From: Diplonema japonicum
Taxonomy: Eukaryota; Protista; Euglenozoa: Diplonemea
Direction of reading: 5' to 3'
DNA length: 64,000 nt
Assembly (NCBI GenBank): GCA_964019335.1
Contig: OZ025679.1
Span: 310,001-374,000 of the forward strand
Shown: piece by piece, positions 57,003-64,000 of the stretch
How the letters are laid out: every line of letters starts with the position of its first letter
Position numbering within the stretch: position 1 is the stretch's first letter
The notes under the pieces: generated by a model
The model's database searches: none
The model's input: the letters and a program-made list of their open reading frames with translations, nothing else
What the model was told of the DNA's origin: nothing
Position numbers and translations under genes: made by a program

Positions 57003-57367
57003 AGCAATCCATTCCCGCCGTGGAGCACTTCAGCTTCGATGAGGCGCTCAAGACGTCAGAGCAAATCAAGTCCTCTCTGTCAGGGTACATCACGCAGATT
57101 CAAAGGCGGTTCAAGCAGGAGGAAGACTACTGTCGCACTTCGCCGCCTTCTGTCCCGCTTGACCCAACACTGACAGGGTCCACTGTGAGCAGGGGCAAAC
57201 CACCGGTGTCGAATAATTCCATGTGTGGGGACGCCAACAAGTACCTTGCTCGGACAAATAGCGATTACATCATTGAAGAGATCAATCAAAGGATGTGCGA
57301 TGTATGGAGGAAAAAAAAAAGAAAAAAAAAAAAAAAAAACTAGGACGAGGCAGAAGCAGCCGAGTAA
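55892..57367 (+). CDS. MPK10: MAP kinase, orthologue of kinetoplastid MPK10; introns 56374-56431, 56958-57004, 57302-57343
   Basis: GSYG, VAIKRV, HRDLHPGN, CDFNLA, TDYVTYRWYRAPELVMQ, GTTFYNQLNKI; HRDLHP and DFN match Leishmania MPK10 as recalled. Confidence 0.9.
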
Positions 57368-57476
57368 GATTTTAATAGAAAACAGGGGGCAGGGAGGGGT
57401 GGGTGGGGGTGAGGGAGAGAAAGTGTAGGGATAGAGAGAGAGAGTGTTTTTTTTTTTTTTTTTTATTTTCATATAT

Positions 57477-58538
57477 GAGCTCGTCCGGAAAAAAATGTCA
57501 ACAAATGACCCTCCTATGCGGCGTAAAACCCCCGCTAAATTTCTAAGTAAAAAAGTAGTCCGACACCACTTTGTGTGCAGAAATGCAGTCTAAGCTTGAA
57601 CACCATATGGGTCAAAATGCTCGCCGTTTGTTTTATTTTTAAAACGCACGTGCAAAAACATGTTTTTTATTTTATTCTTTCTTTTATTTTTTTGAATGGT
57701 TTTTGGCAAACGATTCAATTTGGAAGTTGCAAATAACCCAGACTCCATTTTTTATTCTCGTTTTTCCGTGAAAAGCGACAGGAGGAATAGACGCAGATTG
57801 AAAATCTGTGAAACCTTTGGGGTCATTTTGGGTGGGCTGGACTCTAAATCACTATTAAAATGGGGTGGGTGAACTTACCCTTAAAGTGCCATTTTGGCCT
57901 ATTTAAGGCTAAAAATCCCTTTAAAACCCCTTAAAAAAGCAAAATTTTCACCTTTAAAGTATTATGAGTGCTAAAGGTGGTAAAATAAAAGGAAAACCCT
58001 CAGCAGATGGGTAGAGAATGAAAGTTTGACCCCAAAGATACCGATGTCAAAGCTCTGCATGAGCAGGCAAGTGTTAAGAATTGGTTTTTCTGAAAAAGGC
58101 CAAAATCCCTTTGGAACCCCTTGAAAAAGCCAAAAAATAGGGTGTAAAAAACCGGATTTTCGGGGGCTATGCGGCGCCATATATTTTTCGCTAAGTACTT
58201 TTAACAGTAACCCGACCCTGGGTTGTACCCAGGGTCACAAGTGCGCTTGAACACCAATTTTATGCACCCTAGATGCTGCATTTTAAGCAGAAAAATTGCA
58301 TTTTAAACATTTTCCGCCGGTTTTCTGACCTCTATTTTTCGCTTCCCGGAGGCAGCCGGTTGCAACGCCTGCCGCCCTCATGGCAAAACAAGCATCGCAA
58401 TTGAAAGAACGGCGTCATGTACACCATGTATGTCATCTTCCTATGGTTGCATGCTGCCTTTTTTTTGCGCAAATAATCAAAACAAGAAATTTTCGAAGGT
58501 GCCCAAAAAAGTGTTGACATTTTCGTCCGGACGAGCTC
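57477..58538. mobile_element. Non-autonomous TIR element with GAG..CTC ends and ATAT target duplication (Sola-like)
   Basis: 27-bp TIRs, 25/27 identical (gagctcgtccgg.......tgtcaaca); atat on both flanks; no coding capacity. Confidence 0.85.
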
Positions 58539-58577
58539 ATATATTTATTTCGCGCATACAAAAGATTAGAAAATTGG

Positions 58578-58611
<34 letters not shown>

Positions 58612-59036
58612 TTCGAGGCACAACGAAGAGATGTGTGGTCATAGCACTTCCCCCCCTCCCCTCTTTATGTGATCCCTTCTCCGCCCCCTGAGCAACAAAG
58701 TTTTTTTTTTTTTTTAAAAAAAAGAAAACAACGAAAGTTTAAAAAAGAAAAGAAAGAAAGAAAAAAAAAAAACCTAGCTTCCCAAGGAAAGAAAGGAAAG
58801 AAAGAATTTTTTTTTACTCCATTGTACCACCTTATTCTCGTTTTCCGTCCCAAAATGACGCGACCTTCATTTTTTTTTTCTTCTCTCTTTTTTTTTCTCC
58901 TCCATCTTGCTTAGGGCAAGGGGAGGAGAAGAAAACCTTGGTCCCCTTCCCCCTGCCCTTACAACTCCATCTCGTTGAATCTGGCCTTTTTTTTTTTTTT
59001 TTCAGGATGGACCAAGTGGGGATCGCCTTTTTTTCG

Positions 59037-59068
<32 letters not shown>

Positions 59069-60421
59069 GTTGGCAACATATATTTTCTCCGGGACGTAGT
59101 TCGAACAACAGCTAGTTCCTCTTTGCAGAGAGGTCCCTTCGTCTGTCCAGAGCAGCTATGTGCATTTTTCTCCTTTTTCGTCGATTTTTTTTTTTTTTTT
59201 AGATGATAAAGTCATTTCTTTTTTTGTGGCATCCCCAAAAAAGGAAGGTCAAAGGGCAAAGGGCGACTAGGGAGCTCCCCCCCCCCCCCCCCCCCCCCCC
59301 CCCAAACCTCTGAGTGAAAATTCCTTTGCGATTTTATTCTCTCTTTACCAGAGGGTTTTTTTTTTATTTTTTGGGTAGGGCCGGAGCGGGCCCGAGACGA
59401 CGAGAAACCCTTGTCTACTACCAAATCAGCTCCACAGGTGACACTTCCACCGCTCTTTTTTTTTTTTTTTTTTTTTTTTTTCCATATTTTTCTTCAACCC
59501 ACACTCTTCCTCGTTCTGAAGACATTTAGAAGAAAAAAAAAAGAAAAAAAGGAGAAAGAAAGACAAGTGGAGTCAAAAAAAAAAAATCCTTTCTCTTTCT
59601 TTTTTTTTTTAATTGTGTTTTTTATTTTATTTTTTTATTGTTTTCTCCCTCTACTTTCCCGGGAATATCAGTGGCCCGTTTTTTTTTTCTTTTTTTTTTG
59701 TACCTACCCTCACGAAATAAAAAGGAAGAAAAGATAGGTCTCTCTCTTTTCTTTTTTTGTTTTTATTGTTAGAGAAGCAGGGAGGCACCGGGGTGGCGTG
59801 AAATTAAAATGAAAAGACACAAGCCTTATTGAGAGAAAAGATTTTTTTTTCCTGCTCCTTTTTGCGATTAGCCTTGGGAAGAAGAAAAGAAAGAAAGTAG
59901 AGGGGGCACGGAGAGGGGGGATGGTGCAAAAGTGATGCTCGCGTGTATAAGTTTTATTTTTATTTTTTATTATTTTTGAGTACCCCCCCCCCCCCCTTAC
60001 CGGCCTGCATTCTCTCCTTTCCCATTCCAGTCCCCTTCCCCCCCTCACCTTCTTTTTTTTTGATAAGCCCCTTTAACGAGGTTGCTGCAGCGTTATGCCA
60101 ATCAAACAATTGGAAAAGAAAAAAAAAAAGAAAAAAAAAGAAAAAAGCTAACCCCCCCTGAGCTGAGGCCCACCTCTTTTCTTTTTTTTTTTTATTATAT
60201 TCTTCATATTTTATTTTTTTTAGTTTATTTTTTTTGTACCAAACACCCCGGCATTGGTTTTCTTTTCTTTTTTTTTTCTTTCTTTGAAGGCCCTCATTCC
60301 CGAGGCGTTGCTACAATACAATTACACTGACTCTCCACCTGCTACACAGCCACGGTGCCCCTTCTTCGAGATGACGGATCCACTTTCCACCTAGCTTCTT
60401 CTGACAGATGACCTCACTCTC

Positions 60422-60454
<33 letters not shown>

Positions 60455-60536
60455 ACCCCAAGAAAAAATACTAAAAAATAAACAGGGGAGGGAGAGCAGA
60501 AAAAAAAAAAAAAAAGAAAAAAAAAAGGGAAAGAAA

Positions 60537-61482
60537 ATGGCAGGAAAGGTTGTGGTGCCTCGTAACTTTAAGCTGATCGATGAGCTTGAGAAAGCAGAAA
60601 AAGATCCGACTTCAGCAGGTATGGAGCAAAAATAGCTATTTACTGCCAACAAGTAATGACTTTACCGTTACCTCGAGGTCGGTAAAGTCATTACTTGGCG
60701 GTAGGTAAGTGGTTTTATTTCACGACACTCTGAAATTACTTCACCACGAGGGGCACAACAGGGTGACAAGGGGTACAACAAGAGAGGGGTTACAAAGGTT
60801 ACAATACAAGTTGTTTTTCCTCCTTTTGTTGACTAAGAGCTGCCGCTGTCGCTGGCATTGCCACTGTCACCATCTCTAATCAAGCCTTCCCATACCTGGC
60901 GCGGCCGCTGGCTCTTTTTTTTCTGCTGCTTCGGTATTTTGAAGTCTTTTGGGGTGCTTGGGTAAGCTGACTAAGTTACCCTTACCCACAGAAGAGTTAC
61001 CCACAGAAACTGGGAACAAGGCCTAGCCAAAAGTGGACAAATTGGGAGGAAAAAGTAGTCCAACTTGGAACTGAGCCGAGGCAAAAGTTGGCCAATTGAG
61101 CTGAACCTGGGGGGAAATAGCGAATTGAGAGGAAAAAGTAGCCCCACTGGGAACCGAACCGAGGCAAAAATTGGCCTACCGAGGCATATTATTTAACGGA
61201 AACCCCCTATTACTTCACGGAAAACAGGCCATTATTTCACCGTGAAGTAATGAGATTTAGCGTGAAGTAATGGGCCCCCCAGTGCGTGAAGTAATTTCTG
61301 AAGAGTGAAATAAAAAAAATAAAAAAAAAAAGGTATCTCTCTTGGTCTTGAAGACTACAATGACATCTTTATGCATAATTGGAACGCCACCATCTTTGGG
61401 CCAATGGGCACGGCATTTGAGAACAGGATCTACAGTCTTAAGATTCACTGTGATAAGAATTACCCGAACAAGGTTTGCTTCC

Positions 61483-61513
<31 letters not shown>

Positions 61514-61754
61514 ACACATTTTACAGGCACCCATTATCTCTTTCATCACTAAGGTTAGCATGGACAGTGTAAATAGCAGGGGGCAAGTTGACATTGACAA
61601 AATTCCCGTTATGCAAAACTGGAAGTCTGACCTGAGCATGATGGATTGCCTCATGGGGATCAGACAGGTATGGATGAGAAGAAAAAAAAAATAAATACAG
61701 GAAATGGTTGGGAAGGAGCGTAAGACCCGCCAGCCGCCTGAAAGCAACTACTGA
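60537..61754 (+). CDS. UEV1: Ubiquitin-conjugating enzyme E2 variant (UEV1/MMS2); exons 60537-60618, 61333-61472, 61527-61667, 61701-61754
   Basis: VVVPRNFKLIDELEKAEK, GISLGLED, WNATIFGP, FENRIYSLKIHCDKNYP, C-terminal QPPE. Confidence 0.95.
60632..61311 (-). mobile_element. Helentron/HINE-like element, copy B (680 bp), inside UEV1 intron 1
   Basis: Reverse complement of 54857-55597 except for a 61-bp indel and one substitution seen. Confidence 0.88.
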
Positions 61755-62507
61755 GAATAGTGGGGAAAAGAAAAAAAGGGGGGGAGAAGAAAGGAATGAA
61801 AAAAAAAAAGAAAAAATATCCGAGTGTTTTTTTTTTTTTTTTTAAAAGATATTAAGTGAGTGATTGGGTGAAACTTGCCCCCCATGACTTCAAAAAAAAT
61901 ATGCTTCCTAAACATGTTTTTTTTTTTGTTTTTTTTTTTTTTCCCCCTGCTTTCCCCTCCCTCCCATAGTGTGTGTTTTTTTTTTTTTTTTTTTTTTTTC
62001 CTCTTTTCTTCTTCTGTCTTACTCCCCCCCCCCCCCCCCACCTTGATGTTCTTTTTTTTTTGCAACTTCAAAACAAAAGTGCGCGCTGTTGCAAAACCCT
62101 GTGTTTGTATTTTCCCCTTTTTGATGAAGTTGGCAGGCATTATTCTTCCCCCCTTCCCACTTTTTTTTTTTTGAGTTACATAGTATCTTTAGTTGCCTTA
62201 GTTACAAGAGACAACTACGAAAAAAAAAAAAAAAAAAATGTTTGCGGATTTTTATATTATGACCAACAGCACCACATGACTTCGGGGTTTCCCCCCAGAA
62301 AAAAAAAAAAAAAAAAAAGAACATGCCCCAACCATTTGCTTGATTGCCCTTTTTTTTTTTGTGTGTTTTCTTCTTTTTTTTTTTTTTTTTTTGTATGACA
62401 GCACCCCTGGAGGAGTTATTCGCGCACACTGTGATCCAAAAAAATGACCCAATTCACAAATTCCAATAGGAAGTGTGCATGGGGAAGGGGGAGGTGGAAA
62501 AAAAAAT

Positions 62508-63974
62508 ATGGAAGTACCACCCGACAACCTGAAAATAAGTGGAAACATCAAATTCTACAGTGAAGGCACGATCCAAAGCGAGAAAGCCGCAGAAGGGACA
62601 CTAGCAATCACACAAGGCGACATAAAGGGGAGCATCACCGTGGGAGATGAAACGGGGGAGGTTATCGGAAGGGTATCTGGGGGGGTGTACATTGTCACAC
62701 TGTGCATAAAAACCCTTATGGACGAAGAACTAAAAGGCAGCATGCAGGAGTCCCTGCTTGTCCTGACGAGCGACGACAACAGCATAATCTGCGATTTTGA
62801 AATTTACTCAGAGGACAGTTCCTCTCCCTGTTCACCCTCAGAAGGCCGTGCTTTTGAAAACACATACTCTGACGTTCGAAACGTCCTGTCAAAAGCTGGT
62901 ATCGAACAACGCGATCTGCCAACGGTAGCTGACGAGCTTGAGAAAAAAGGGATCACCACAGCGTCGGAGCTTTCTTCTGTCTCGGCGAGATCGCTTCGCG
63001 AATCAGGTGTTCCTTTAAAAGACTCCGGATCTGTCCTCGCCCACGCCGAGGTCGCCGCCAAGCAGCAGGAGAACAAACCCGACAAAATAAAACCCCTGCA
63101 AAAAAAAGTCCTTGGTGTTTTCGAAAAATACCACGTTGTCAAACTAGCGTCCGCGTACTACCGAAAATTCAGCGCTTTCCGATATGTGAAGGGGAGGTCT
63201 TCGTCAACTGGGTACGATTTGCAGCAAAGGTTAGCATTCGTAGAATCTCAACGGGATGGGATCCTCAACAAGATTGCCGAGGATGGTCGAAGTGTGGGTG
63301 AAACCGAACGCATGCAAGCCGCGCTGCAACGCGAACTCGCCCTCAGAGAAAGCAAGGTTAAAGAGCAAGAATCCGATCGGAAAAAGCTCCAAAGAAAAGC
63401 CGACATATTATCCAGCAGAGTCGACGGCCTGAAAACCGAAAACCAGGCTTTAAGCAACAGGGTCGAAACGCTTCAAATGCAGTTGCTGCGCAAACAGCAA
63501 TGTGAGAAATCGGTTTTAATTGCTTCAAAAACACCCTCGCCACGACGAGAGGGGAGCAGGGAACCCGAATACAGACCGCAGGTTCTAAAGCCGATCGAAT
63601 GCCCTGTTTTGAAGACACCCTCTCCTGCTAAGAATACAACAGCGCTTTCAAAAGGGAAGAAAGCCGATTCTTCTTTTGTTGCATTGAGACTGATCCACTG
63701 TAAGATACTCCGGTTATACCCCACCGTCCCGGCTGCCTTTTCCAAAGTTCCCTCTGATAGTAGCGGGCTTGTTAAAGTATCTTCTTTGAGAGCTCTGTTT
63801 ACTTCTCTGAGCATTCTCCATCTTCTCCCCCACGTCCTGAAGAAGGCCCCTGAAGAAGGAAAGGGTCTGTACCCTCTCTCCGCTATCGTCGATACTATTG
63901 CTTCCGGGGCACCACCATCAGCGCCACAACGTAGAAGTCACAGCAAGGAAAAGGAAGAGAGTTTTAAACTGTAA
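62508..63974 (+). CDS. Hypothetical protein: beta-rich N-terminus, SAM-like domain, coiled coil, degenerate EF-hand-like segment
   Basis: VRNVLSKAGI...LEKKGITTASELSSVSARSLRESGV is SAM-like; start codon uncertain. Confidence 0.7.
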   Translation: MEVPPDNLKISGNIKFYSEGTIQSEKAAEGTLAITQGDIKGSITVGDETGEVIGRVSGGVYIVTLCIKTLMDEELKGSMQESLLVLTSDDNSIICDFEIYSEDSSSPCSPSEGRAFENTYSDVRNVLSKAGIEQRDLPTVADELEKKGITTASELSSVSARSLRESGVPLKDSGSVLAHAEVAAKQQENKPDKIKPLQKKVLGVFEKYHVVKLASAYYRKFSAFRYVKGRSSSTGYDLQQRLAFVESQRDGILNKIAEDGRSVGETERMQAALQRELALRESKVKEQESDRKKLQRKADILSSRVDGLKTENQALSNRVETLQMQLLRKQQCEKSVLIASKTPSPRREGSREPEYRPQVLKPIECPVLKTPSPAKNTTALSKGKKADSSFVALRLIHCKILRLYPTVPAAFSKVPSDSSGLVKVSSLRALFTSLSILHLLPHVLKKAPEEGKGLYPLSAIVDTIASGAPPSAPQRRSHSKEKEESFKL

Positions 63975-64000
63975 AGAATCGGTGGTGTATTTTTTTTTTT

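Noticed and set aside
1-64000. tRNA, rRNA, SL RNA or telomerase template; non-standard genetic code
   Set aside because: None recognised; all frame breaks are explained by GT-AG introns under the standard code

Overview
Eukaryotic nuclear DNA, very likely euglenozoan. A diplonemid-like organism fits best: 24 co-directional + strand genes, a clear orthologue of kinetoplastid MPK10, and many cis-spliced introns. I reconstructed 32 GT-AG introns by hand; 30 are only 33-71 nt. They have a GTRT donor, and most carry an A-rich/poly(A) tract rather than a polypyrimidine tract before the acceptor. Recognisable genes: 2OG-Fe(II) oxygenase, a DJ-1/PfpI-like pseudoenzyme, P4-ATPase, a hidden two-exon KGD4/MRPS36-like microgene, a WW-Clu-TPR protein, GH2 hydrolase, NIF/FCP1-type HAD phosphatase, MPK10 and UEV1/MMS2. 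A duplicated gene encodes a D/D-type docking domain plus five HECT E2-binding-subdomain-like repeats. Intergenic DNA is homopolymer-rich. It holds a Helentron/HINE-like family (three copies, one inside a UEV1 intron), several MITE/foldback families, a Sola-like element and transposase relic, and several strongly base-paired islands that may be ncRNAs. All coordinates and family assignments are from manual reading and recalled motifs; no searches were run.
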